Assembly (NCBI GenBank): GCA_035428045.1
Contig: DAOMCT010000001.1
Location: 162,899-226,898, forward strand
Source: Thiobacillus sp.
GTDB lineage: Bacteria; Pseudomonadota; Gammaproteobacteria; Burkholderiales; Thiobacillaceae
Direction of reading: 5' to 3'
DNA: 64,000 nucleotides
Every line of letters starts with the position of its first letter. The stretch's first letter is position 1. The translations under genes were made by a program, and so were the position numbers. This document shows, one piece after another, positions 20,223-29,464 of this stretch. The notes under the pieces are model-generated. The model was not told the origin of the DNA. It saw only the letters and a list, made by a program, of their open reading frames with translations, and made no database searches.

Positions 20223-20716
20223 GCGCGGCACCTACGAGCGGCAGCTGGCGACGCATTCTGGGCAGCCTGACCCTGGCCTTGCTGCTGGAGCAGCTGCCGT
20301 GGTCGGGTTGGGCGCTGGCGCTGCGGCCGGATTTTTTGCTGATCGGCGTGTTGTTCTGGACGTTGCATCAGCCTGCGCGCATCAGTTTTGGCGCGGCGTT
20401 TCTGGCCGGTTTGCTGGCTGATTTCCAGAATGGCGGCGTGTTCGGCCAGCATGCCATGCCGTATGTGGTCGGCGTCTATCTGGTGCTGATTTTTCGCCTG
20501 CGCTTGCTGCAGTTCGACCCGCTGCGCCAGGCCGCCCAGCTGCTGCCCATGTTCCTGCTGGTGCAGTTGCTGTTGCTGCTGATCGGCTGGCTGGCCGGCA
20601 ACCCGCCTTCTGACTGGAGCGTCATGTTGCCGGTTGCGAGCAATAGCATGATGTGGCTGGTGCTGGTGGGCGTGCTGCGGCTATGGCACGGCAAGGGCAT
20701 GCAGGACCGGGCATGA
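20219..20716 (+). CDS. mreD: Rod shape-determining protein MreD
   Basis: Hydrophobic; LRPDFLLIGVLFW, GLLAD, GQHA; position in the operon. Confidence 0.9.
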   Translation: MSAAPTSGSWRRILGSLTLALLLEQLPWSGWALALRPDFLLIGVLFWTLHQPARISFGAAFLAGLLADFQNGGVFGQHAMPYVVGVYLVLIFRLRLLQFDPLRQAAQLLPMFLLVQLLLLLIGWLAGNPPSDWSVMLPVASNSMMWLVLVGVLRLWHGKGMQDRA

Positions 20717-22605
20717 GGCGGCCTACTCCGCTCAAGAATCTGGATCGTGAACTGGCGGGTTTTCACGGACGCCTGAAAGTCGGTGCGGTTTTCGTGGCGA
20801 TACTGGCGACCCTGTTGCTGGCGCGGGGCTTTTATCTGCAGATCACGCAGCACGATTACTACACCGGGCGTGCCGAAAGCAATCGCATTTCGCAGGTGCC
20901 GATCGCACCCAATCGCGGGCTGATACTCGACAGCAAAGGCCGTGTGCTGGCAGAAAATTATTCCGCCTATACGCTGGAAGTCACCCGTGGGCATATCGGG
21001 AACCTGGAGACCACCCTGACCAAGGTGGGTAAGCTGATCGAGATTACGCCGGGCCAGTTGCGCCGGTTTCGCCGCCTGCTCGCCGAATCGCACGAGTTCG
21101 AGACGGTGCCGTTGAAAAGCAAGCTGAGCGACGAGGAAGTGGCGATTCTGGCAGCCAACCGCTATCGCCTGCCGGGGATCGAGGTCAAGGCGCGTCTGTT
21201 CCGCAATTATCAGGCGGGCCACGGGATGGCGCACGTGGTGGGCTTTATCGGCCGCATCAATGACCGCGACCTGAAGCGGCTGCGCGAGGCCGGGCGTGAG
21301 GAGAACTATCAGGGCGGCGCGCATATCGGCAAGACCGGGCTCGAGCAGAGTTACGAAACCCTGCTGCACGGCCGTACCGGCTTCGACCAGATGGAGACCG
21401 ATTCAAGCGGCCGCGCAGTCCGCGTGTTGTCGCGCATTCCGCCGGTCCCGGGCAAGGATTTGCGGCTGTATCTTGACCGCGACCTGCAGGAAGTGGCCGA
21501 ACACGTATTCGGTGAGTATCTGGGCGGCCTGGTTGCGCTCGACCCGAATACCGGCGGGGTGCTGGCGCTGGTGAGCAAGCCGGGCTTCGACCCCAACCTG
21601 TTCGTCGACGGCATCGACCCGGAAACCTGGAAATCGCTCAACGAATCGCCCGATCGGCCGATGGTCAACCGCGTGCTGCGCGGAATTTATCCGCCCGGTT
21701 CGACGATCAAGCCCTTCATGGCGCTGGCGGGTCTGGAGCTGGGCTTGCGCAAGCCGTCCGACGCGATCAACGACCCGGGTTATTACAGCCTGCCGCGCAG
21801 CAGCCACCAGTACCGCGACTGGAAAAAAGGCGGCCATGGCGTGGTCGACCTGAGCAAATCGATCGCCCAGTCGTGCGACGTCTACTACTACCGGCTGGCG
21901 GTCGACATGGGGATTGACCGCATGCACGACTATCTTGCGCAGTTTGGGCTGGGTGAAAAATCCGGCATCGATCTCGACGGCGAATCGGCGGGCCTGCTGC
22001 CTTCGCGCGAGTGGAAGCAGCGGCGCTTCAAGCAGCCCTGGTATCCCGGCGAAACGGTGATCGCAGGGATTGGCCAGGGTTTTCATCTCACCACGCCGCT
22101 GCAGCTGGCCGTGGCGACCGCCATGATCGCCAACGGCGGCAAGCGTATCGAGCCCCGGCTGGTGCAGTCGGTGCGCGACCCGCTGACGCGCGCGTGGCAG
22201 GCCCAGCCTGTTGCAACCCGGAAGCAGCTGGCCATCGATCCCGACAATCTGGCAGCGGTGCGCGCAGGCATGATGGCCGTGATGCAGCCCGGCGGCACGG
22301 CATCGCGCGCCGCCGCCGGCGCCGCCTACACGATCGCCGGCAAGACAGGTACCGCGCAGGTGGTGGGAATCAAGCAGGGCGCGCGTTACGACGCAGGCAG
22401 TCTGGCGCGCAAGCATCGTGACCACGCCTTGTTCATCGCCTATGCGCCGGTCGAAAACCCCACCATCGCGATCGCGGTCATGGTGGAAAACGGCGAGCAT
22501 GGCGGCTCCACTGCTGCGCCCATGGCCCGCGCGGTGATGGATTACTACCTGACCGGAAAACGCCCCGGTAACATGAATCTGGGAGCAATCGATGCCACAG
22601 AATAG
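20713..22605 (+). CDS. mrdA: Penicillin-binding protein 2
   Basis: Intact SxxK (GSTIK), SxD (SCD), KTG (GKTGTAQ); APNRGLILD. Confidence 0.95.
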   Translation: MRRPTPLKNLDRELAGFHGRLKVGAVFVAILATLLLARGFYLQITQHDYYTGRAESNRISQVPIAPNRGLILDSKGRVLAENYSAYTLEVTRGHIGNLETTLTKVGKLIEITPGQLRRFRRLLAESHEFETVPLKSKLSDEEVAILAANRYRLPGIEVKARLFRNYQAGHGMAHVVGFIGRINDRDLKRLREAGREENYQGGAHIGKTGLEQSYETLLHGRTGFDQMETDSSGRAVRVLSRIPPVPGKDLRLYLDRDLQEVAEHVFGEYLGGLVALDPNTGGVLALVSKPGFDPNLFVDGIDPETWKSLNESPDRPMVNRVLRGIYPPGSTIKPFMALAGLELGLRKPSDAINDPGYYSLPRSSHQYRDWKKGGHGVVDLSKSIAQSCDVYYYRLAVDMGIDRMHDYLAQFGLGEKSGIDLDGESAGLLPSREWKQRRFKQPWYPGETVIAGIGQGFHLTTPLQLAVATAMIANGGKRIEPRLVQSVRDPLTRAWQAQPVATRKQLAIDPDNLAAVRAGMMAVMQPGGTASRAAAGAAYTIAGKTGTAQVVGIKQGARYDAGSLARKHRDHALFIAYAPVENPTIAIAVMVENGEHGGSTAAPMARAVMDYYLTGKRPGNMNLGAIDATE

Positions 22606-23689
22606 CCATTGGATTCTGCGCCGGCTGGGTCATCTCGACGGCATTCTGCTGACCCTGGTGGTGGTGCTGCTGGGGGTGAGCCTGGCGATGGTGGCGAGCG
22701 CGTCAGGCCAGAGCCCCGCGCGCATCAGCGGCCATCTCATCAATATCGGCCTCGCGCTGTCAGTGATGGTGGTGATGGCCAACGTGCCGCCGCACATCCT
22801 GTCCAAAGTGGGACCGCCGCTCTATGTGGCTGGCGTGACCTTGCTCATCGGCGTGGCCTTGTTCGGCGAAATCCGCAACGGCGCGCGGCGCTGGCTCAAC
22901 CTTGGCTTTGCGTTCCAGCCGTCCGAACTGCTGAAGCTGGCGCTGCCGCTGATGCTGGCCTGGTACTTCCAGCGCAACGAAGGCGGCTTGCGCGGCAAGC
23001 ATTTTTGGGTGGGCGGGGCGTTGCTGCTGGTGCCCTTCCTCCTGATTCTGCGTCAGCCGGACCTGGGCACTGCGCTGATGATCGGTGCGTCAGGTTTTTA
23101 CCTGCTGTTTTTTGCCGGCTTGTCGTGGAAGGTGATTGCCGGCGGTGGCGCGCTGGCCGGCGCGAGCCTGCCTCTGGTGTGGATCCTGATGCACGACTAC
23201 CAGCAGCGTCGCGTGCTGACCTTGCTCGACCCGACCTCCGATCCGCTGGGCGATGGTTACCACATCATTCAATCGACCATTGCGATCGGTTCGGGTGGCT
23301 TGTTCGGCAAGGGCTGGATGCAGGGCACGCAAAACCAACTCGACTTCGTTCCCGAGCGCACGACGGATTTCATCTATGCTGTATTTGGCGAGGAATTCGG
23401 CTATGTCGGCACGATCCTGCTGGTCGGGCTTTATCTCGCCATCGTCGCGCGCGGGCTGGTTATTGCGGCGCGCGCCCCCACATTGTTTGGACGCTTGATG
23501 GCCGCAACGCTGAGCCTGAACCTGTTCACCTATGCCTTCGTCAACATGGGCATGGTTTCGGGCATTTTGCCGGTGGTCGGCGTCCCGTTGCCGCTGATGA
23601 GCTATGGTGGCACGGCGTTCATCACCCTGCTGCTGGGCGTGGGCATCATCATGAGCGTGGCGACACATCGCCAGCTCAACAAAACCTGA
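22592..23689 (+). CDS. mrdB: RodA SEDS peptidoglycan polymerase
   Basis: GARRWL, QPSELLK, QPDLGT, PERTTDFI, GVPLPLMSYGG. Confidence 0.95.
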   Translation: MPQNSHWILRRLGHLDGILLTLVVVLLGVSLAMVASASGQSPARISGHLINIGLALSVMVVMANVPPHILSKVGPPLYVAGVTLLIGVALFGEIRNGARRWLNLGFAFQPSELLKLALPLMLAWYFQRNEGGLRGKHFWVGGALLLVPFLLILRQPDLGTALMIGASGFYLLFFAGLSWKVIAGGGALAGASLPLVWILMHDYQQRRVLTLLDPTSDPLGDGYHIIQSTIAIGSGGLFGKGWMQGTQNQLDFVPERTTDFIYAVFGEEFGYVGTILLVGLYLAIVARGLVIAARAPTLFGRLMAATLSLNLFTYAFVNMGMVSGILPVVGVPLPLMSYGGTAFITLLLGVGIIMSVATHRQLNKT

Positions 23690-23706
23690 CGAGGTAAAAT
23701 GACCCG

Positions 23707-24540
23707 ATGAAAACGATCCTGATTTCTGCTTCGGTCGCAATCACCCTGGTGCTGGCCGGTTGCAGCAGCGGCCCAACGGTCGGCGACAAAAAAAACCCGG
23801 ACCCAGCCAAGAGCGCCAAGAAAGGCGGCTATTACCTCGACGACGGCCCCGATGCCTCGCCACCGCCCGACCTCGCCGCCATTCCGGACGCAGTGCCGCG
23901 TGCCGAGCCGTTGCACCGTTTTGCCAACCGCCCCTACGAAGTGATGGGCAGTCGTTATGTGCCTCAGAGCGAGCGCCGCGCGCACAGCGAAGAAGGCGTT
24001 GCATCGTGGTATGGCAAGCGGTTTCACGGCAGAAAAACCGCCTCGGGCGAACGCTACGACATGTATGCGATGACTGCGGCACATCCGACCTTGCCGATCC
24101 CGAGTTACGTGCGGGTCACCTCGCTCGCCAATGGCAAAAGCGTGGTGGTGCGGATCAACGACCGCGGGCCGTTTCACAGCAAGCGCATTATCGATCTGTC
24201 GTATGTCGCCGCGAGCAAGCTCGGCTACATCGGCAAGGGCAGCACCCGGGTGCGGGTGGAAAGTCTCGATTCGGCGGCCTACGACACGACGGGCGAAGCC
24301 ATCGAACAAGGCCTTTATTTGCAGGTAGGGGCTTTTTCCAGCCCCGGCAACGCCCAGCAATTGCTGGCGCGCCTGACGCGTGAGCTCGAGCTCGACGACC
24401 AGCAGACGCGCGTCGTCCTGACCGGCAAGCTGCACCGTGTGCAGCTCGGTCCGTATCCCAGCGATGACGCCGCCCAAGCGGAACGCGGCCGGGTGCAGGA
24501 CCGCCTTGCCTTGAATGCCATTCTGGTCCGGCGCGATTGA
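23707..24540 (+). CDS. rlpA: Septal ring lytic transglycosylase RlpA
   Basis: Lipobox LAGC, DPBB motif ASWYG...TAAHPTLP...RINDRGPF, C-terminal SPOR domain. Confidence 0.93.
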   Translation: MKTILISASVAITLVLAGCSSGPTVGDKKNPDPAKSAKKGGYYLDDGPDASPPPDLAAIPDAVPRAEPLHRFANRPYEVMGSRYVPQSERRAHSEEGVASWYGKRFHGRKTASGERYDMYAMTAAHPTLPIPSYVRVTSLANGKSVVVRINDRGPFHSKRIIDLSYVAASKLGYIGKGSTRVRVESLDSAAYDTTGEAIEQGLYLQVGAFSSPGNAQQLLARLTRELELDDQQTRVVLTGKLHRVQLGPYPSDDAAQAERGRVQDRLALNAILVRRD

Positions 24541-24547
24541 GCCGGCC

Positions 24548-25669
24548 ATGTTGAGCGCACGTTTTTACCTTGTCTTGATCGGGCTTTTTTTTGCGCTTAC
24601 GGCATGGGCTGCGCCCACCGGCATGACTGCGCGGGCCTGGGTGTCGATCGATGCGGTAACCGGCCGCGAGCTGGCGGCGCATCAAGCCGATTTGCCCCTG
24701 GCTCCGGCTTCCCTGACCCAGTTGATGACGGCTTATGTACTGCTGGGCGACATCAGGAAAAACAAGCTGAGCCTCGGCGAAATGCTCAGCGTGCCGCCCG
24801 CGGCCGAACAGGTGGACGGCGCGCGCGTCTTCCTCAAGGCGGGCGAGCAGATCAGCGTCGACACCCTGCTGCAGGCGATGCTGGTGCACTCTGCCAGCGA
24901 CGCCACGTTGACGCTGGTGACGGCAGTCGACGGCAGCGAAGCGGCGTTTGTGGAGCGCATGAATAGTGAAGCAAAACGCCTTGGCATGAGCAAGACCCGC
25001 TTCATGAATGCCACCGGCCTGACCGAGCCGGGGCACGAGTCGAGTGCACGTGACCTGGCGATACTGGGGCGGGCGTTGGGTCGCGACTTTGCCAATCGCC
25101 AGACGTTTTTCACGCAGAAGGAACTGGTTTTCAAGGGCGTCACCTATTACAACGCCAATCGCCTGCTGTGGCGCGACCCTGCGGTGAATGGCCTGAAGGT
25201 CGGCCGCACCGCGCAGGCGGGATATTGCAGCGTGGCCTCGGCGCAACGCGGAGACCAGCAACGCATCGCGGTGGTGCTGGGCGCGCGCAGCGACGCGCTG
25301 CGTACCCAGGACGCGCTGAAGCTTCTGAACGATGGCTTCGAGAACTTCGACAGTGTGCTGCTGTATCGCGCCCGGCAGCCGGTCAAGGTGGTCAAGTTGT
25401 ACCGCGGCATCAGCGATTCGGTGGCGCTGGGATTTGCGCAGGACTTGCACGTGTTGATCCCGCACGGCAGCGCTGCGCGGATCAAGGCGCAGGTCATCAC
25501 CCAGCAGCCGGTACTGGCGCCGCTGCGCAAGGGGCAGCGCATGGGCAGCCTGCGCCTGACACTCGATGGCAAGCCGCTGGGAGAATTTGCGCTGGTGGCG
25601 CTGCAGGGCGTGAGCGTGTCCGGCATTTTTGGTCGGGCCTGGGATTCGATCCGGCTGATGGTGGAGTGA
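24548..25669 (+). CDS. dacA: D-Ala-D-Ala carboxypeptidase (PBP5/DacA) homologue with degenerate active-site motifs
   Basis: Peptidase S11 plus PBP5 C-terminal architecture, but motifs read SLTQ, SAS and KVG instead of SxxK, SxN and KTG. Confidence 0.85.
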   Translation: MLSARFYLVLIGLFFALTAWAAPTGMTARAWVSIDAVTGRELAAHQADLPLAPASLTQLMTAYVLLGDIRKNKLSLGEMLSVPPAAEQVDGARVFLKAGEQISVDTLLQAMLVHSASDATLTLVTAVDGSEAAFVERMNSEAKRLGMSKTRFMNATGLTEPGHESSARDLAILGRALGRDFANRQTFFTQKELVFKGVTYYNANRLLWRDPAVNGLKVGRTAQAGYCSVASAQRGDQQRIAVVLGARSDALRTQDALKLLNDGFENFDSVLLYRARQPVKVVKLYRGISDSVALGFAQDLHVLIPHGSAARIKAQVITQQPVLAPLRKGQRMGSLRLTLDGKPLGEFALVALQGVSVSGIFGRAWDSIRLMVE

Positions 25670-26517
25670 TGAACGTCTATCTGGATGGGCAATTCCTGCC
25701 CCTGGCCGACGCGAAAGTGTCACCACTCGACCGCGGCTTTGTGTTCGGCGATGGCGTGTACGAACTGGTTCCGGTGTATTCGCGCAAGCCGTTCCGTCTG
25801 GAGGAACACCTGCGCCGCCTGCAGGGCAGCCTCGACGGCATCCGTCTGGCCAACCCGCATGGTGTGGCGCGATGGCGCGAGCTGGTCGAGCAGTTGATAG
25901 CGCTGCAGGATTTCAACGACCAGTCGGTTTACCTGCAGATCACGCGCGGCGTGGCGCCGCGCGATCAGGCTTTTCCGCTTGGCGTGGCGCCGACCGTGTT
26001 CATGTTCTCCCAGCCGCTGGTGAGCGCAACGCAGGCGCAGAAAGAGGCCGGCGTGTGTGCGATCACGGCGCGGGACATCCGTTGGGGGCGCTGCGATATC
26101 AAGGCCGTCTCGCTGCTCGCCAATGTGCTGGCACGCCAGCAGGCGGTGGAAGCCGGGTGTGCCGAAACCGTGATGCTGCGCGACGGCTTTTTGAGCGAAG
26201 GCGCGGCGAGCAATATTTTTGCGGTGAAAAACGGCGTGTTGCTGGCACCGCAGCCCTCCCCGCTGATTCTGACCGGCATCACCTACGACGTGGTGCTCGA
26301 ACTCGCTGCCGCGCATGGCATTCCGTCCGAACTGCGGGCGATCAGCGAAGCCGAACTGCGCGGCGTGGACGAATTGTGGATGACGTCGTCTACCAAGGAA
26401 ATCATGCCGATCGTGCGTCTCGATGGCGCGCCGGTCGGCGACGGCAAACAAGGGCCGATGGCGCGGCAGATGGATGCGCTGTACCAGCAATTCAAACAAC
26501 AGGTGATGCGCGCATGA
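25669..26517 (+). CDS. D-amino acid aminotransferase (PLP class IV)
   Basis: DRGFVFGDGVYE, RCDIKAVSLL, EGAASN, LTGIT, SSTKEIMP. Confidence 0.9.
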   Translation: MNVYLDGQFLPLADAKVSPLDRGFVFGDGVYELVPVYSRKPFRLEEHLRRLQGSLDGIRLANPHGVARWRELVEQLIALQDFNDQSVYLQITRGVAPRDQAFPLGVAPTVFMFSQPLVSATQAQKEAGVCAITARDIRWGRCDIKAVSLLANVLARQQAVEAGCAETVMLRDGFLSEGAASNIFAVKNGVLLAPQPSPLILTGITYDVVLELAAAHGIPSELRAISEAELRGVDELWMTSSTKEIMPIVRLDGAPVGDGKQGPMARQMDALYQQFKQQVMRA

Positions 26518-26795
26518 GCGAGGAAACCCTGCTCGAGTTTCCGACCGATTTTCCGGTCAAGATCATGGGTGAGCGGCGCGTGTCTCCCAGCGGAGGCGAA
26601 GAATTCGCGCAGACCATGATCGAACTGGTGCAGCGCCATGCGCCCGATTTCGATCCTGATACCGCCGAAATTCGCGTATCGAGCAAAGGCCATTACCTGA
26701 GCGTGACCTGTGTCGTTCGTGCCACGTCCAAAGCTCAGCTTGATTCGCTGTATCTCGAGATCACCGCGCATCCGTGGGTGAAGATGGCGCTGTGA
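26514..26795 (+). CDS. ybeD: YbeD/DUF493 family protein
   Basis: [13 protein letters not shown]...[10 protein letters not shown]...HPWVKMAL, upstream of lipB. Confidence 0.9.
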   Translation: MSEETLLEFPTDFPVKIMGERRVSPSGGEEFAQTMIELVQRHAPDFDPDTAEIRVSSKGHYLSVTCVVRATSKAQLDSLYLEITAHPWVKMAL

Positions 26796-26835
26796 GGAGT
26801 CAGAGGTCAGTGGTCAGGGGGCAGGGAGGTGAGGC
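26793..26835 (+). repeat. TCAGNGG heptamer short tandem repeat
   Basis: tgaggag-tcagagg-tcagtgg-tcagggg-gcaggga-ggtgagg between ybeD and lipB. Confidence 0.6.
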
Positions 26836-26839
26836 GATC

Positions 26840-27436
26840 GTGCGCAGCCTGGGGCGGGTCGAGTACGAACCGACCTGGCGGGCGATGCAGGAATTCACGG
26901 CGCGGCGTACGCCTGACACGGCGGACGAGATATGGCTGCTGGAGCATCCGCCGGTTTACACCCAGGGCCAGGCGGGCAAGCCCGAGCACCTGATCGCCGC
27001 CACCGCCATCCCTGTCGTGCCGATTGATCGCGGTGGGCAGATCACCTATCACGGCCCGGGACAGATCGTCGCCTATGTGCTGGTCGATCTGCGGCGGCGT
27101 GGTTATGGCATCCGTGAACTGGTCACGCGGATGGAGCAGGCCGTGATCGATGTGCTGACCGGAGTGGCAGTGGCCGCCACCCGGCAGGCAGGCGCGCCGG
27201 GGGTGTACGTGGCGGGCGCAAAAATTGCCGCGCTGGGACTGCGCGTCAAGCAGGGTTGCACCTATCACGGCCTGGCACTGAATGTGGACATGGACTTGCA
27301 GCCGTTTTCCGCAATCAATCCCTGCGGGTATGCCGGCATGCAGGTCACGCAATGCCGCGACCTTGGCGTCAGCGAGTCGCTGCCGGCTTTGGCGCAAGCT
27401 GTCGAACTCGCCTTGCGCCGAACGATCTATTCTTGA
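26840..27436 (+). CDS. lipB: Lipoyl(octanoyl) transferase
   Basis: [42 protein letters not shown]. Start GTG 26840 (RBS ggaggtga) or GTG 26792. Confidence 0.95.
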   Translation: MRSLGRVEYEPTWRAMQEFTARRTPDTADEIWLLEHPPVYTQGQAGKPEHLIAATAIPVVPIDRGGQITYHGPGQIVAYVLVDLRRRGYGIRELVTRMEQAVIDVLTGVAVAATRQAGAPGVYVAGAKIAALGLRVKQGCTYHGLALNVDMDLQPFSAINPCGYAGMQVTQCRDLGVSESLPALAQAVELALRRTIYS

Positions 27437-27453
27437 CTGATTTAGTCGGTTAT
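27429..27453 (+). promoter_or_regulatory. IscR type-1-like operator overlapping a sigma-70 -35 element (TTGACT)
   Basis: ATTCTTGACTGATTTAGTCGGTTAT matches 23 of 25 positions of the E. coli IscR type-1 consensus ATASYYGACTRwwwYAGTCRRSTAT (consensus recalled). Candidate -10 TATTCT at 27457-27462. Confidence 0.7.
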
Positions 27454-27485
27454 TAGTATTCTTGCGGCTTCTATTGGAGTTATTT

Positions 27486-28601
27486 ATGACCACCGACACC
27501 CTGCCGTCCGATCCCAAGCTGCTGATGCGTTCGATCATCCAGCGCATCGCCACCGGTCCCGACCTGTCGAAAGACATCAGCCGCACCGAGGCGCACCTGG
27601 GTACCAAGGCCATCATCGACAACATGATCGATCCGGTTCAGGTCGGGATTTATTTCATTGCCTTGCGGATGAAGCGCGAGACCATGGACGAAAACCGCGG
27701 CGTGCTCGATGCCGTGCTGGATACTACGCTCCGCGTGACGGCCGAGGTGGACGAGGTGGTCGATATCGGTGATCCGTACGACGGCTATACCCGCTGCCTG
27801 CCTGCTGCACCGTTTCTCGGTCCGTTACTGGCAGAGCTGGGCGTGCATGTGGTGTCGCATGGTCTCGACAAGGTGGGGCCCAAGTTCGGCGTGACGGTGC
27901 GCCATGTGCTGGAAGCCGCGGGGGTGCCGGTGAACCTGACGCCGGTCGAAGCCGCCGCGCGTCTGAGCGACCCGGCCCTCGGCTGGAGTTATGTCGACCA
28001 GGCGCAATCCAACCCCGGCATGCACAAGCTGATTCCGCTGCGCACGCAGATGATCAAGCGTCAGGTGCTGACCACGGTGGAAGTGTTGTCGAAGCCGATC
28101 GCCGGCAAGAAGCTGACCCATTTCATCACCGGCTACGTGCACAAGCCCTATCCGCCAGTGTATGCCGATCTTGCCCGGGTGGCCGGATTCGACACTGCCT
28201 GCATCGTGCGCGGCGTCGAGGGCGGGGTGATCCCGTCGCTGCGCCAGACCGGCAAATATTTCCACTATCACGACCGTGCCGAGGAAATCGAGGCCAGCAT
28301 CGATCCGGTTGCGCTCGGCATCGACCAGCCAGTACGCGCTGTGCCGCTGCCCGGCAGTGTGGCGGGCGAAGCGGGCGAGGACGAAATTGTCGCTGCCATC
28401 GACATCAAGGCCACGGCACGCGCTGCCGCCGAGGCCGGGATTCTGGCGCTCAAGGGCGACAAGGGCGCGACCTACGACTCGCTGGTGCTGGCCGGCTCGA
28501 TCGTCCTGCTCCACGTCGGCAAAGCCGCCAGCGTGGCCGATGCGGCGCTGCAGATTCGCGCAGTGCTGGATTCCGGCCGCGCCGTGGCACGGGTGAAGTG
28601 A
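27486..28601 (+). CDS. TrpD/YbiB-like glycosyl transferase family 3 protein (non-canonical)
   Basis: N-terminal helical domain IIQRIATG...GIYFIALRMKRET resembles YbiB/TrpD; GTGGD is absent (IGDPYDGYTR instead); VRGVEGG. Confidence 0.75.
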   Translation: MTTDTLPSDPKLLMRSIIQRIATGPDLSKDISRTEAHLGTKAIIDNMIDPVQVGIYFIALRMKRETMDENRGVLDAVLDTTLRVTAEVDEVVDIGDPYDGYTRCLPAAPFLGPLLAELGVHVVSHGLDKVGPKFGVTVRHVLEAAGVPVNLTPVEAAARLSDPALGWSYVDQAQSNPGMHKLIPLRTQMIKRQVLTTVEVLSKPIAGKKLTHFITGYVHKPYPPVYADLARVAGFDTACIVRGVEGGVIPSLRQTGKYFHYHDRAEEIEASIDPVALGIDQPVRAVPLPGSVAGEAGEDEIVAAIDIKATARAAAEAGILALKGDKGATYDSLVLAGSIVLLHVGKAASVADAALQIRAVLDSGRAVARVK

Positions 28602-28909
28602 TGGCTGAATATGTCGCTATTGCCGCCGCCGATGAGCTCAAGCCGGCGCAGATGAAGCGCGTTGTCGTCGACGGCAAAAAGTTGCTGCTGTGCAACTCGA
28701 ACGGCACGCATTATGTCGTCGATGAAATGTGCACTCACGAGGATTACTCGCTATATCTGGGCTGCATCAAGGACGGCAAGATCAAGTGTTCGCTGCATGG
28801 CAGCTACTTCGATCTGACCACCGGCCAGCCTACCTGCGATCCGGCGGACGAACCGATCAAGACCTATCCGGTGAAGCTCGAAGCCGGTCAGGTGTGGGTA
28901 CAGGTCTGA
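28601..28909 (+). CDS. Rieske-type [2Fe-2S] ferredoxin
   Basis: CTHED...CSLHGSYFDLTTG; GTGA/ATG overlap with the upstream gene. Confidence 0.92.
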   Translation: MAEYVAIAAADELKPAQMKRVVVDGKKLLLCNSNGTHYVVDEMCTHEDYSLYLGCIKDGKIKCSLHGSYFDLTTGQPTCDPADEPIKTYPVKLEAGQVWVQV

Positions 28910-29464
28910 TTACTTCTTGAGCAGGTCGCGGATCGCCTGCTCGATCTGCGGGTGATCGAATTCGCGACCGCCGATGGCACTGGCGACAATGCGCCCCCGC
29001 TGGTCGATCAGATAGGTGGTCGGTAGCCCCGACACTTTCCAGACTTGCAAGCTGCGGCTCTGGCTGTCGAGCAGGATGGGAAAGTTCAGCGTGGCGTCGA
29101 GTTGGCTGGCGAAACTGTTGATGGTGTCTGCGTCCTCGCCGACATTGATCGCTAATACGCTAAAGGCTTCGTTTTTGAGCGCTTGCGACAAGCGTTCCAT
29201 TGACGGCATTTCGCGTCGGCAGGGCGGACACCAGGTGGCCCAGAAGTTGACAAGCACCACGCGTCCCTTCAGTTGCGCCAGGTCGTGCGGTTTGCCGTCG
29301 AGGTCTTTTAACTTCAATGCCGGGGCGGGCTGGGGCGCTTGACGGGTCAAGCTGTGTGACAAGGCCGGCGGGGCGGCTGAACAAGGGTTTGCCGCGGCCA
29401 TGCCCAGCGAAAAAACCATGACCAGCGCCTGCAAGTGCATTCGATTACGACTCTTCATCTGCAC
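28910..29464 (-). CDS. TlpA-family thiol:disulfide oxidoreductase
   Basis: VLVNFWATWCPPCRREMP, GLPTTYLID; N-terminal signal or anchor. Confidence 0.9.
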   Translation of the reverse strand: MQMKSRNRMHLQALVMVFSLGMAAANPCSAAPPALSHSLTRQAPQPAPALKLKDLDGKPHDLAQLKGRVVLVNFWATWCPPCRREMPSMERLSQALKNEAFSVLAINVGEDADTINSFASQLDATLNFPILLDSQSRSLQVWKVSGLPTTYLIDQRGRIVASAIGGREFDHPQIEQAIRDLLKK

